From positions 1 to 64,000 of IMG/VR virus record IMGVR_UViG_3300031521_000018: a stretch of DNA of 64,000 nucleotides. One strand, given 5' to 3'. Positions 40,593 through 50,861 of this stretch are shown here, one piece after another. Positions within the stretch are counted from its first letter, which is position 1, and the number at the start of each line of letters is the position of its first letter. Position numbers and translations under genes: made by a program. The notes below the pieces were generated by a model. It did not search any database. It worked only from the letters and a program-made list of their open reading frames with translations, and was not told where the DNA came from. This DNA is from an uncultured virus (IMG/VR IMGVR_UViG_3300031521_000018) (lineage: Duplodnaviria; Heunggongvirae; Uroviricota; Caudoviricetes).

Positions 40593-41726
40593 TTAGTCCA
40601 TAAAGCTGCTAAATATATCCTCAGCGTTTTTTTCAACAAGTATTTCTTCGTCTTTAGATGATTCACTTTGAGTGTGAATTTTAAACGATGTTTCATACCT
40701 GTTTCTTTCATTATCTTTGATATTATTTCTTAAATTCTGATTGGGCGATAGAGGTATTAAATCATCAGCTTCAACAACCTCAGAAAGCTCCATTATTAAT
40801 TTTTTCCTATCATTGAAAACAGGTGTATCAGGTATTATAACCTCACCTTCCTCTATTCCTGACTGATTAACAAATTCACCATTAACATAATCTTTCTTGA
40901 GTTTTTTGAAAGATTCCTCGACATCAGACAAGTATTCCCTTTGATATTTACTCAAGGCTAATTGTGACATTTGTATTTTAGACAGTGATTCAATGTTTTT
41001 AGCTGTAGGATTTTTAATTACTTGTTTAAAAAATTTCTTAAGCACAAGCTGCGAAATCATCATTTGAGTATGAATCATTTGTATAGAATTCTCCTCAAAA
41101 TATAATTTATTTTTGAAATACGGAAATTTTTCTATAACACCTTTTTCGATATAAAGTTCAGCTATAGAGCCTAATAAGCTTTTTGCCTCTGTAAGTGCTA
41201 TAGATGATGCCTGTATGTATTTTTCCTCAGCTTGTAATACATCCTCATCATGTTCTTTTTCGTGTTCTTCATCTTCATCTTCATCATCAAATTTGGGTAG
41301 ATCACTGAAATTTGACTTTCTTTTTGGTTGACTTTTTACCAATGATGGGAGATATTGCTCAAATGTCCTTTCAAGTTGTTCAATAACTATATCCTCTACA
41401 TCATCCTCTGTATTTTCTATAACTTCCTTATTTTTGCTCATTAGTTTAGCATATTGTGAATATGCTAAAGCTCTTGAATCAAATAACAAGCTTTTTTCAT
41501 CAGCTAATAAATTACCTGATAAATCCGTGAAATCTATTCTCCATTTGCCCGAATTATCAGTATAAAATTGAGCCGCTTGTCCTTTATCAGGAAAATTAAA
41601 TTTTCGTTTAGATGCTTTAGACCTACCGTTAAATATATTAACAAAATATCCAACCGTGTCAGTTTTATACGGTTGTGATAATACTTGTTCAATAGGTTCT
41701 GTTGGTATTTTAATTATATTTGCCAT
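40593..41726 (-). CDS. Hypothetical helical protein (possible small-terminase-like)
   Basis: 377 aa with an acidic linker and a coiled-coil region; immediately upstream of the TerL fragment. Function is inferred from position only. Confidence 0.4.
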   Translation of the reverse strand: MANIIKIPTEPIEQVLSQPYKTDTVGYFVNIFNGRSKASKRKFNFPDKGQAAQFYTDNSGKWRIDFTDLSGNLLADEKSLLFDSRALAYSQYAKLMSKNKEVIENTEDDVEDIVIEQLERTFEQYLPSLVKSQPKRKSNFSDLPKFDDEDEDEEHEKEHDEDVLQAEEKYIQASSIALTEAKSLLGSIAELYIEKGVIEKFPYFKNKLYFEENSIQMIHTQMMISQLVLKKFFKQVIKNPTAKNIESLSKIQMSQLALSKYQREYLSDVEESFKKLKKDYVNGEFVNQSGIEEGEVIIPDTPVFNDRKKLIMELSEVVEADDLIPLSPNQNLRNNIKDNERNRYETSFKIHTQSESSKDEEILVEKNAEDIFSSFMD

Positions 41727-41731
41727 GAATT

Positions 41732-42526
41732 TTAATTAATATCTGAACTACCTAATAATTCGTTTCCCTCTTCTCCAACCGATTTCAAATATTCATCAAT
41801 ATGTATACTTTTAACTTTAGTATCAAGTTTTTGTGCTGTTGATTTATCAATTATAGGTCTTTTTGTATAAATTTCCAATTGCAATTTTAAAGATGGTAAA
41901 TCGCTTTGTGAATTGGCAAAAAATGAAAATGATCTACTTAATTGTTGTGTTTCAGGAAATGCAATTGTTAAAGGTATCTTTTTAAACCCTTTATAATCAT
42001 CTATATAAGTTTTCCTAGTTTTGTACAAGTTTTCTATTATAGCATCATATATTTTCAACCTATCTAGCTCTGATGATGCTTTTATTTCTAAATCCACCAA
42101 AAATGATTCAGGAAACCACACACCCCTTGCTGAATACGGAACTTGCGGTTGTACACCGTGCTCATTTTCTTCGTCTACAAAATATAAAATCCTTTCATTA
42201 CCGCCACTAACACTAGAATTTTGTACACCCGATTCTTTGACAGAAAATGTACCTGAGGGTATAGGCATTACATTACCCTCAGCTAATTGTTTCCCGCCAC
42301 TATATGGAAATCTGTGAGAATCTAAAAACATATCAGACAGAAAAGCCTGATCACCTGTATATGAATAAAACACAGGGCATTTAATAATTTCAGTTTTACC
42401 TTTTTTATGTCTTTCAAATTCAATTATGTCTGACATGAAAGATGTGAAAGAAACAATTACAGACCGTAAGAATACATTTTCGTAATTCTTTTTAACGTTC
42501 ATCTCATTATTGAATTCATCTGCCAT
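41732..42526 (-). CDS. Tail terminator / sheath stabiliser (gp15-like)
   Basis: FLRSVIVSF..IKCPVFYSYTGDQAFL..IPSG; TAAATAA upstream. Confidence 0.6.
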   Translation of the reverse strand: MADEFNNEMNVKKNYENVFLRSVIVSFTSFMSDIIEFERHKKGKTEIIKCPVFYSYTGDQAFLSDMFLDSHRFPYSGGKQLAEGNVMPIPSGTFSVKESGVQNSSVSGGNERILYFVDEENEHGVQPQVPYSARGVWFPESFLVDLEIKASSELDRLKIYDAIIENLYKTRKTYIDDYKGFKKIPLTIAFPETQQLSRSFSFFANSQSDLPSLKLQLEIYTKRPIIDKSTAQKLDTKVKSIHIDEYLKSVGEEGNELLGSSDIN

Positions 42527-42551
42527 AGCAATTTTTTATTATTTAAATATA

Positions 42552-42588
42552 TTTGAAGAGGATAATTATAACAATTATCCTCTTCAAA
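42552..42588 (-). terminator. Terminator after the purZ-like gene
   Basis: TTTGAAGAGGATAATT-N5-AATTATCCTCTTCAAA inverted repeat. Confidence 0.65.
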
Positions 42589-42605
42589 AGTATAATCAAT
42601 AGGTA

Positions 42606-44009
42606 TTATCTTGGAAAGCTAATAAATTCTCCAACCCATTTACCTGTTCCAAGTATTGAAAGTGATACGTTATCAAATTCATCGATAACATCAAAATTGC
42701 TTTCAAGCCACTCAATTACTTTGTGAGTAGTATCAGTTAATTTGGTTTTACCCTCAATCTCCTTATCAAGCCAATTACAGAAATTTAAAGATAGAAAAAT
42801 TTCAGAATCTTTAGATGGTCTGTTATATCTTATTGCATCAACAAGCAATTCTTTTGAGAATGTGGCTACTCTCCTTGGCATAAGAGTAAGCGATGTATAA
42901 ATTGCTTTTTTATCAATCACACCACCATATTGAGCCTCAACCTGTTCCCAAGTAAGTTCTTCCTGTGTTTCGGGTTTTTCCCATCCATTTCTATACCAAT
43001 CGCCAGAATAAGAATCAATTTCGTCATATGGAATATTTGGGTATTTTTCCAAATCAAATCCCGTAAGGAAAATATCCTTTTTGGTTATGACTTTTACCAA
43101 ATAATCTTCATTATCTTCGAAATTAAACAACCTTTCATCAAATCTTGCCTTAACCTCAGATAATGATAGTTCATTTGTAGTATAATATTGAATACCACCT
43201 TTTAAAACCCACTTTTTATTGTTTATTTTAATAGGGAATGTACGCAAGTTAATAAATACGTTACCCGCATAAAATGGTGGAATCATTGCATCATCCATGG
43301 CTGCAGTAATTGAGCAGTTACGTGCCGTTGTGTTACGTTTACTGTATGAAAGTCCACTTGATAATGCAAAGCCCTGAGCAATTTCGAAAAGCCCTGACTG
43401 ACCCGCATCAAGTCTGTCCATAATTTCACGTTCTGTATCACACAAAAAATCCTGTAATTCAGGATATTCATATGCATAAATCCTTTGATCAGGATTTCTC
43501 ATACATTTTTTGGCACGTACAGAACCCGCACCGCTAGCGGTTGTACCTGAGGTAACTGTTCCCTTTTGGCGTTCCTCGTTAACTTTACCCTCGTAATTAC
43601 AAACACCTGATTCAAAATCTCTGTCTTGCTTGGAAATAATCCCCGCCTTGTAATGAATTCTTACCTTGCCACGTGGTATACCTGTAAGTTCAATTTCCTC
43701 AAGCAATCTTTGAGGTTCAAAGGCAGCACCCTGAGCAACATATACTGCATCAAGTTTTTCATGATAAACAGATGATGTAGGAAGTACTTTGAATAAAATA
43801 ATTTTTTCTGTACCATCAGGAAATTTTTCCTCATAATAATGAGATGCATTTTGACCATTGGTTGAAACAGCAAAATTACAATTATTGCTGTATTTTACCA
43901 AATTTGATGCTAAAAGACCCTTTCCACTACTCCCAGCGAACCCATCCATAATGAATGAAATTTTCCCTTCTTTAAAAAAGGGGTTAAAAAGCGTTTTTGA
44001 ATGTGACAT
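42606..44009 (-). CDS. purZ: Adenylosuccinate synthetase family, PurZ-like (2-aminoadenine synthesis candidate)
   Basis: GSSGKG (Ser in place of the PurA GDEGKG Asp), NASH, EIAQGFALS, RTFPIKI, SGDWY, ELTWEQV, TSLTLMPRRVATFS and LNFCNW (NFxN in place of PurA TKLD). Confidence 0.7.
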   Translation of the reverse strand: MSHSKTLFNPFFKEGKISFIMDGFAGSSGKGLLASNLVKYSNNCNFAVSTNGQNASHYYEEKFPDGTEKIILFKVLPTSSVYHEKLDAVYVAQGAAFEPQRLLEEIELTGIPRGKVRIHYKAGIISKQDRDFESGVCNYEGKVNEERQKGTVTSGTTASGAGSVRAKKCMRNPDQRIYAYEYPELQDFLCDTEREIMDRLDAGQSGLFEIAQGFALSSGLSYSKRNTTARNCSITAAMDDAMIPPFYAGNVFINLRTFPIKINNKKWVLKGGIQYYTTNELSLSEVKARFDERLFNFEDNEDYLVKVITKKDIFLTGFDLEKYPNIPYDEIDSYSGDWYRNGWEKPETQEELTWEQVEAQYGGVIDKKAIYTSLTLMPRRVATFSKELLVDAIRYNRPSKDSEIFLSLNFCNWLDKEIEGKTKLTDTTHKVIEWLESNFDVIDEFDNVSLSILGTGKWVGEFISFPR

Positions 44010-44012
44010 ATA

Positions 44013-44378
44013 TTAATTTTTATAAGTGTCTTTTAATTCTTCACCAAGTTCTTCATTAAAAACATCCTTGAGCTGAGTTAAAAAATCAATGTATGACGTG
44101 ATCTTTGATCTTTCCATAGTGGAATTTTTGTCGTTAAAATTCTCGATTTTCTTACGTTTTTCAATTAATTCATCAATTAATGATGTATACTCCAATATTT
44201 TCAGAGAAATGGTAGAACGGTTTACTACACCTTCAGAAATTTCAGAAATGGTGGTGTCAAAATGCTTAACCATCTCTGTAAAATACGTTTTATTGTAAAT
44301 TTCATCGAGAGTATTAAAAGATTTCTTGACTTGTAAACCGTTTTTTAAATTGGCTAATTTGTTAATAAGTTCTTGCAT
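44013..44378 (-). CDS. Hypothetical coiled-coil protein
   Basis: 121 aa in the operon. Confidence 0.6.
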   Translation of the reverse strand: MQELINKLANLKNGLQVKKSFNTLDEIYNKTYFTEMVKHFDTTISEISEGVVNRSTISLKILEYTSLIDELIEKRKKIENFNDKNSTMERSKITSYIDFLTQLKDVFNEELGEELKDTYKN

Positions 44379-44421
44379 AGCTGTAATTAATAAATGGTTT
44401 AATAATGGTTAATTTTCCTTT

Positions 44422-45552
44422 TTATATATCCAACATTTTCACATTGTCTTTAGATATTTCATATAATTTGTTAAGGTTATTTATAATTTTATCCTTTGTT
44501 ACCGCTGAAATTTGAATTAGCTTCTTATCTATAATCACAGAATCTAATGATGTAACGTATTCTGACATAATATCTTTGATATCATCATTTATATCAAAAT
44601 CAACATTTTCATCAGAATTAGTTATTTCATTCTGTGAATATATTTTACCAACTTTTTGTTCATATTTAAGTGAATAGTAACCTGTAAGAAATTCAGTTAT
44701 CTTTACTGTACTTATTCTATTAAAATCATCAACAAACACGGAAACCCTGTTATTTTTAATTAAATCATTTGCATCGGTAACAGTCATATCCAATAAATCG
44801 GGAAGATATACATTTAAATATTTTGGTGATACATTATTTTCTATATATTTAAATGATTCATCGGCAATATTTATTATCATAATCTGTGGTTTGTTTTCCC
44901 ACTCATTTTTCCTTGTGTGATATGCTGCACCAACATAAACTATATTTTTGTTCTCTTGTGGCTTGTGGATGTGACCGATGATAGCATGCTTATACTTGGA
45001 AAAATGTGACATATTAATAGATTTTTCCTCGGTTACCATAATTCCTTCATGAGAAAATCCCGCTATATCATCATGACCAAACATATAATCAGCGTATTCA
45101 TCGTTTGATATAACCTCAGCTAATCCATCTTTATTTTCAATTGCGGGGATGAATGATACCTTTTTACCGCTTTTTGTTAAAAATCTTGTAGGCTGTCTTA
45201 CAACAATACAGTTACTTATGTATGATAGCACACGATTTGTTGTTATTGTTTGATTAAACTTATCATGATTACCCGTATCAACAACAACAATATTGTGCTC
45301 AGAAATTTTTTCGAACGTATCGAGTATTGAATCTTGTATTTCGGTTGAAATTAATGATCTGTTATCATATACATCACCAACTTGTATTATACCAACATTT
45401 TCAGCACCATATGCTTTATTCAACTTATCAAGAATCGGCAAAATAAATTTTCTAAAATAGTTAAGTGATATTTCTAACTCTTTCAGATCATTGCTATATC
45501 TACCAAAATGTAAATCACCTATAACAATATTTATATCGGGTATTGTAATCAT
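44422..45552 (-). CDS. Mre11/SbcD-like recombination nuclease (gp47-like)
   Basis: Metallophosphoesterase motifs GDLHFG, GDVYD, GNHD, FGH and GHIH. Confidence 0.92.
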   Translation of the reverse strand: MITIPDINIVIGDLHFGRYSNDLKELEISLNYFRKFILPILDKLNKAYGAENVGIIQVGDVYDNRSLISTEIQDSILDTFEKISEHNIVVVDTGNHDKFNQTITTNRVLSYISNCIVVRQPTRFLTKSGKKVSFIPAIENKDGLAEVISNDEYADYMFGHDDIAGFSHEGIMVTEEKSINMSHFSKYKHAIIGHIHKPQENKNIVYVGAAYHTRKNEWENKPQIMIINIADESFKYIENNVSPKYLNVYLPDLLDMTVTDANDLIKNNRVSVFVDDFNRISTVKITEFLTGYYSLKYEQKVGKIYSQNEITNSDENVDFDINDDIKDIMSEYVTSLDSVIIDKKLIQISAVTKDKIINNLNKLYEISKDNVKMLDI

Positions 45553-45651
45553 ATTATTGTTTTATACATTTATATTCACGTTATTACAATAGTATCAAAT
45601 CATGAAAACATAACTTAATTAAGCATATAAACATATAAACGTATAAAAATT

Positions 45652-46089
45652 ATGGACACCCCTGAAAGCACTAAAACAGAAGATAGTAATTTTTTTGACC
45701 CCGAATTGGAAGGTATATTAAAAGCCACTAGTGAGATATCAGTTACAGATAACTCAACAAAGGTAGATAATATAATGTTGAAGCCGAAAGACAGACCTGT
45801 GAGGCAAGAGGGAATAAATATGATTAAATCGGAATTTACAAAAAATACACCAAAGGTTGAAAGCACAATTATAGAAATTTTATCTAGGAAGTCAAAGATT
45901 CCTTTAAAGTCTACAATAAATCTACAGGTTTACGATAAAAAAACATTTAAATTTTTATTAGATTTGTTCGAACAGGATTTAAAGCAAGAGGAAATTATTG
46001 ATATAATAATAAACAATTTGGATATGGAGGATGTTAGAAAATCCATCAAGAGTACTTTGGAGTTTTATTACGGAAGAACATCAAAATAA
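45652..46089 (+). CDS. Hypothetical protein
   Basis: 145-aa ORF. Confidence 0.6.
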   Translation: MDTPESTKTEDSNFFDPELEGILKATSEISVTDNSTKVDNIMLKPKDRPVRQEGINMIKSEFTKNTPKVESTIIEILSRKSKIPLKSTINLQVYDKKTFKFLLDLFEQDLKQEEIIDIIINNLDMEDVRKSIKSTLEFYYGRTSK

Positions 46090-46092
46090 AAT

Positions 46093-46794
46093 TTAAATTT
46101 CACCTGTTTTTATTTTAGCAAGTATTGATTGCCTTATTGATGTTGATAAGCCCTGAGATTTTGTTGCTGAATCAGAGCATTTTTTACTACTTACATTAGC
46201 ACCCAATATAACTTTCCCATCAATTATCTTAAGTTGATCAGATGTTGTCATGTTGGGTGATTTTATATAATCATCTAATGTTGATACCTTACCTGTTTTT
46301 GTATTAATTCCCGCATCATTTATATTGGATATGTCTGATAAAGTAACGCTAGATGGGTTACTTTGTCTTATCAGTTCCATAACACGCTTTTTGTCTTGAA
46401 CATTAATGTTCTTCGCAAATTCTATTTGCGATTTATTCTTTTTCTTCTTTGTTACCTCAGATGATTGAGAATTCACAGCACCAACAGCATCAGAAATATC
46501 AGGCATCATAACAATCATATCAGATGAAATAGAAAATGGATTGCTTATTTCACTATAAAACATCATTATATCGGCAACATTTTGATCTGTATATAATGCA
46601 TATGATACCAAATTTGGCTTACCTTCAAATTCGGGTGATATAATAAAAGTTCCATTATGATTGAAATTAACCGCCTTTTTGCTTGAAAAAATTTGATCTG
46701 TAAAGTCTATAATTTTATCAGCATTAATTTCAATCTCCTGTCTAGTTTCTATTGAGAAATATGTTATTGGTGAAATAGCTTTCTGCGTAACCAT
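46093..46794 (-). CDS. Baseplate wedge protein (gp53-like, LysM-related)
   Basis: EGKPNLVSYALY..DIMMFYSEISNPFSI..IVMMP. Confidence 0.6.
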   Translation of the reverse strand: MVTQKAISPITYFSIETRQEIEINADKIIDFTDQIFSSKKAVNFNHNGTFIISPEFEGKPNLVSYALYTDQNVADIMMFYSEISNPFSISSDMIVMMPDISDAVGAVNSQSSEVTKKKKNKSQIEFAKNINVQDKKRVMELIRQSNPSSVTLSDISNINDAGINTKTGKVSTLDDYIKSPNMTTSDQLKIIDGKVILGANVSSKKCSDSATKSQGLSTSIRQSILAKIKTGEI

Positions 46795-47015
46795 TACAAT
46801 TTTATTTTATTTAAAAATAAAATGATAATAATAAATACAATTAATGATGATAAGAAAAATATATATGAGGTCTTGAAAGCTTTATTTATTTTGTATAATT
46901 CTTTATATGGTATATTATGAAATAAATCATTATAAAGAATTATAGAACCCAAAACAAACGTGGATATAAATGGTATAAATATAAAAATTCCTAACAATAA
47001 TATAATAATAATCAT
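46794..47015 (-). CDS. Small membrane protein
   Basis: 73 aa with two hydrophobic helices. Confidence 0.5.
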   Translation of the reverse strand: MIIIILLLGIFIFIPFISTFVLGSIILYNDLFHNIPYKELYKINKAFKTSYIFFLSSLIVFIIIILFLNKIKL

Positions 47016-47027
47016 AATCAGTTGATA

Positions 47028-48395
47028 TTAAAATGTTTTATAATCATTAAGGTCAAAGTTTATAAGTTTATCATACATTATCTTATTAATTACACAATCA
47101 GAATAAAGCTTAATAATAAAATTTCTGTAGCTAAGTTTATCTGTCAACTTTGTATCTTTCAGACGATTGAATATTGTTTCATAAGCGTCGGGTAATCCCG
47201 CATTTTTCATGAATAGCTGCAGATATTCAGCTGACATTTCATAATGATTATCTAATTCTTTGGTTATAAATTCTTCATTTAATGATGTTTTAGACAAGCC
47301 TCTACGTAAAGAATTTATGGCAACATCAAACATTGCGAAACTTTCAAATACCATTCTAATAGCAACAGAATCAGTCAGGTCACGTTGTAATCTTGATTTC
47401 GAAAATTTCTTGATATAAAATGAAAAATCAGATTCCATCTTTTCCATTATACCCTCACAATTTTCGAAATCTATTGGATTAGTTTTTTGAACCATCGTTG
47501 ATGAACCAATTTGACCATCATCTTTACTTTGATACAAATATCCTATTGAACAATAATGCCATAAATCTCGGCATAAATCAATACATATTGATGCAAGTTG
47601 TAAATATTCTTTAAGTAAATCAACCAAATATACCCAATTATCAACTTGAGTAGTATTCTCAGAACGTTTTAATGACATATTTACACTCAAGTTCAATGAT
47701 GTAAACCCATTAATAAATTTATCCATTAATTCATCTATGTTGGTAATACCTATTAGTTTCATAGATGAATTATTACCAACAGCACCACCAAACTTAACAC
47801 TTGGTTGTATATTAGTCAGATTGGTGAGTAAAGATGAGATTCTACTATTATAGTTTTTGTATATTAATTTTGAATTTATTGGTACAGCGGGTTGTCCGTG
47901 AGTGAATCCAATCATTAATACAGAATTTTCACAAAATACTTTATGTAACGAGTCCAATAACATTGTAATGTTAAATATCAATTCATTAGAAATATTTGAA
48001 AAAAGTGAATTTGATGATAGGCTTACTATATCTTGACTTGTAAGACCAAAATGTATGTATGATATAATTTTTATACCCTCAAGTTCTGATTTTGATGTGT
48101 AAAAATCAGAACTTTGAGCAACAGATTTTACATAATATTCAACAGCTTTTATATCATGCTTTGTTATTTTTTCAAAAGCATTAAATTTTTCTAAGTTGTT
48201 AAAAAGGTGTGAATATAGCTCATTAAGTTGTGAATTACTTGGTGGTATACCATTAATTTCACAAAGAAAGAGAAACCATTGAAATTCAGAATAAATTTTT
48301 GTGTTTATCTGATTCTCGTATGAACATAGTTCACGCATAACACCATCCTTACGGTATCTACTATCTATTGGGGATATTGATTTGAATTTTGACAT
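47028..48395 (-). CDS. purB: Adenylosuccinate lyase
   Basis: SPIDSRY, TKHDIKAVEY, IHFGLTSQD, THGQPAVP, KFGGAVGN, GSSTMVQKTNPIDFEN and SRLQRDLTDS. Confidence 0.95.
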   Translation of the reverse strand: MSKFKSISPIDSRYRKDGVMRELCSYENQINTKIYSEFQWFLFLCEINGIPPSNSQLNELYSHLFNNLEKFNAFEKITKHDIKAVEYYVKSVAQSSDFYTSKSELEGIKIISYIHFGLTSQDIVSLSSNSLFSNISNELIFNITMLLDSLHKVFCENSVLMIGFTHGQPAVPINSKLIYKNYNSRISSLLTNLTNIQPSVKFGGAVGNNSSMKLIGITNIDELMDKFINGFTSLNLSVNMSLKRSENTTQVDNWVYLVDLLKEYLQLASICIDLCRDLWHYCSIGYLYQSKDDGQIGSSTMVQKTNPIDFENCEGIMEKMESDFSFYIKKFSKSRLQRDLTDSVAIRMVFESFAMFDVAINSLRRGLSKTSLNEEFITKELDNHYEMSAEYLQLFMKNAGLPDAYETIFNRLKDTKLTDKLSYRNFIIKLYSDCVINKIMYDKLINFDLNDYKTF

Positions 48396-48396
48396 T

Positions 48397-48810
48397 TTAT
48401 TTTAATAAAGTAAGAATTAAAAAAACAGTAGCGGCAACACCGCTTATATAGGTTGTTGATTTCCAAAACAAAGTTTTCTTTTGCTCAGATTTAATCACAG
48501 TTTTCTGATTGTCTATTATAAGATTATCATCTACACTATTTTTCTTTAAGTTCAATATTATTTCTGAATCGTTTTTGATTTCTCTCTTATAATTGGAAAT
48601 CAAAGTTGAATCATTAACAAATATTGAATCATTCACTGAGTTCAATTTTATAAACTTACTTCTGTCACGGAAAACTGTTGTAATGTCATCCATATCACAA
48701 ATTGTTAACTTAACATTTTTTATGCTGTCACAATTCCTTGACTGAGATAATGCTGACTGAGATAATATTATTATCACTGAAAGCATTATAAATTTACTTA
48801 CTTTTTTCAT
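48397..48810 (-). CDS. Secreted/membrane coiled-coil protein (possible spanin-like)
   Basis: Signal-peptide-like N-terminus, coiled coil and a C-terminal TM helix. Confidence 0.4.
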   Translation of the reverse strand: MKKVSKFIMLSVIIILSQSALSQSRNCDSIKNVKLTICDMDDITTVFRDRSKFIKLNSVNDSIFVNDSTLISNYKREIKNDSEIILNLKKNSVDDNLIIDNQKTVIKSEQKKTLFWKSTTYISGVAATVFLILTLLK

Positions 48811-49186
48811 CTCTGTATTTATTAAGTTCTTTAATCATTTCTTTGTATGCCTGTTCAGGTGTATCAGATATTTGTTTGGTTGGAGTAATGTATATATTGT
48901 GCTTTACCAATTTTAGGCTATCAATTCGAAGAGTCAATATTTTATTTGAATTGATAATGCTGTCATTAACAGATTCAAATTTCTTGATAATAACATTTCT
49001 AACGGATATTTCAGATTCCTTATCCTTAATAAAAGCATTACTATCTTTAAGAGTAGAAGAGGTTCTAAAATACATTGTTGACATGATAATAAGTACGGTA
49101 CTTAACACGGTACTTAATATAATTAATATAATTACGTTTCTTGATAATTTTTTCATTTTATATTGTTTTAATATGTTTACATACAT
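48794..49186 (-). CDS. N-terminal TM coiled-coil protein (possible i-spanin-like)
   Basis: Single TM followed by a coiled coil; overlaps the next gene. The true start may be the internal MKKLSR. Confidence 0.4.
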   Translation of the reverse strand: MYVNILKQYKMKKLSRNVIILIILSTVLSTVLIIMSTMYFRTSSTLKDSNAFIKDKESEISVRNVIIKKFESVNDSIINSNKILTLRIDSLKLVKHNIYITPTKQISDTPEQAYKEMIKELNKYRDEKSK

Positions 49187-49235
49187 TAGAATATAAGGGA
49201 AATATATCCCGTAAATTAAGGAATATATCGTTTTA

Positions 49236-50861
49236 TTATATTACATCACCAAAGGTTTCTTTATTAAGTTCAGGGAATGAAGATTTTTTAATTTTCCTTA
49301 AGTTTGTAATTGGTTCACAATCATCAATAATGGTAAATGCTGATGCTTTCTTGACATTTTTTGTTAGCATTATATATTGATGAAATTGCTCTTGTATTAC
49401 ATAATTACTTAATCTTATACACCTTATATAATAGTTACCTTCATATAATTGAACTATGCTATTTGTGAATAAGATTTCGTTTTGTATGGTATTGTTGGTA
49501 TAATCAATCCTTTGTAATCCGTTGGCTGTAATACCATATATGAATTTTGATATGGTTTTGAATTGATTGTTAATGGATATCACGCAGCAAACAGAGCCAT
49601 TATAATCCTGAGGTATTTCTAAGTTAAAATCTTTTGTATTATCATTAATATATAGCTCAAAATTATTTCCTATTGATAATAATTTACAAGATAGTTTACT
49701 TTCGTTACGTTTCCCAACATTTAATATTACAGGTTTAATCCAAAACATGATAGATATACCACCATTTGAGTCCAAAAATACTTTTGGTTTGTATATAACC
49801 TGTGATGTTACAGCCGTCATGTCGTAAAAATGGCTGCTTATTAGCGATGAATTATATTTGAAATCATCATCTGATATTACTACTTTTTTGGATACCAATT
49901 CTCTAACATTATCATATACAACATCTTTCTCTATATTCTGCTGATAATTTGTACCGTCAATCATTTCCATTTTCTGCTGTTCTGTGTAGCCTTGTACCTC
50001 TATATGTTCCTTAAGGAAATCCAATGAATCTTCATCTTTTTCAATAGCGGAAATATCTTGGTACTTCTTTAGAACACAAACATTAAAATTACCAACCTCA
50101 TTTATACCATGTTCAAGATAGTTATCCTCTATATAATACATCCTGTTTAATTGCTTGAAGTAAATGTAATCGTAACTACGTGGATTTTCATTAACACCAA
50201 ACATTTCCTCAAAATATGTTTTCTCAATGTATATTTCAAGTTTTTCGAATTCGATTCCCCATTGAGAAAATTCATGTTTTGGTATAGGGGTTTTATTATC
50301 TGTTGCAACAACCTTTATTAACTTACTAGAAACAAGATTGTATAATGAATATTCTTTTAAGAAATCATCCTTTGTAGACATATCAGGATTAGTATGGAAA
50401 TACATAGCTTGTATACCATTATGTTTGTTAAGGAAGTAATTAAGGTCTGTTTCCAATTTAACTAATCCCTCACCCATTTCAGCATAATCAAGCATATTAT
50501 CTTCCGAAACACCCGATAAAAGAATGGATTCTCCCTGAGCTATTATATATGGTTTTGGTTTATCAGTTATAAATGTCATTTCCTCAATGGTAATTTGGCT
50601 TTCTACTGAGGATGAATATAATAATTTTAATTTAAGGAAAAATGGGAACTTTTCGAATGATTTATACCAATCTGTGTCTTCAACCATTATCCAATCAGTA
50701 TAAGTCCTGTCATCTTTAGAAATAGAATAGGAAATATTTATATCGGGTATTGAAATATAGTAACTTATTATAGAATGTGTAAAATCTAATATTTTGTATT
50801 TTATCTCACCAAACTTTATAATAAGTTCTGAGTCGGAGTATAATATTTCGTTGATCTTCAT
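49236..50861 (-). CDS. Neck protein (gp14-like) with extra domains
   Basis: MYFHTNPD..DDFLKEYSLYN, FSQWGIE and YIEKTYFEEMFG..PRSYDYIYFKQLNRMY; LamG-like ISIMFWIK in the C-terminus. Confidence 0.65.
   Translation of the reverse strand: MKINEILYSDSELIIKFGEIKYKILDFTHSIISYYISIPDINISYSISKDDRTYTDWIMVEDTDWYKSFEKFPFFLKLKLLYSSSVESQITIEEMTFITDKPKPYIIAQGESILLSGVSEDNMLDYAEMGEGLVKLETDLNYFLNKHNGIQAMYFHTNPDMSTKDDFLKEYSLYNLVSSKLIKVVATDNKTPIPKHEFSQWGIEFEKLEIYIEKTYFEEMFGVNENPRSYDYIYFKQLNRMYYIEDNYLEHGINEVGNFNVCVLKKYQDISAIEKDEDSLDFLKEHIEVQGYTEQQKMEMIDGTNYQQNIEKDVVYDNVRELVSKKVVISDDDFKYNSSLISSHFYDMTAVTSQVIYKPKVFLDSNGGISIMFWIKPVILNVGKRNESKLSCKLLSIGNNFELYINDNTKDFNLEIPQDYNGSVCCVISINNQFKTISKFIYGITANGLQRIDYTNNTIQNEILFTNSIVQLYEGNYYIRCIRLSNYVIQEQFHQYIMLTKNVKKASAFTIIDDCEPITNLRKIKKSSFPELNKETFGDVI

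Noticed and set aside
40589..40711. 41-aa N-terminal extension of the TerL-IntC ORF in the supplied track
   Set aside because: It overlaps the upstream gene by about 120 nt and has no RQxGK or intein block A. ATG 40588, right after the upstream stop, is the more plausible start.
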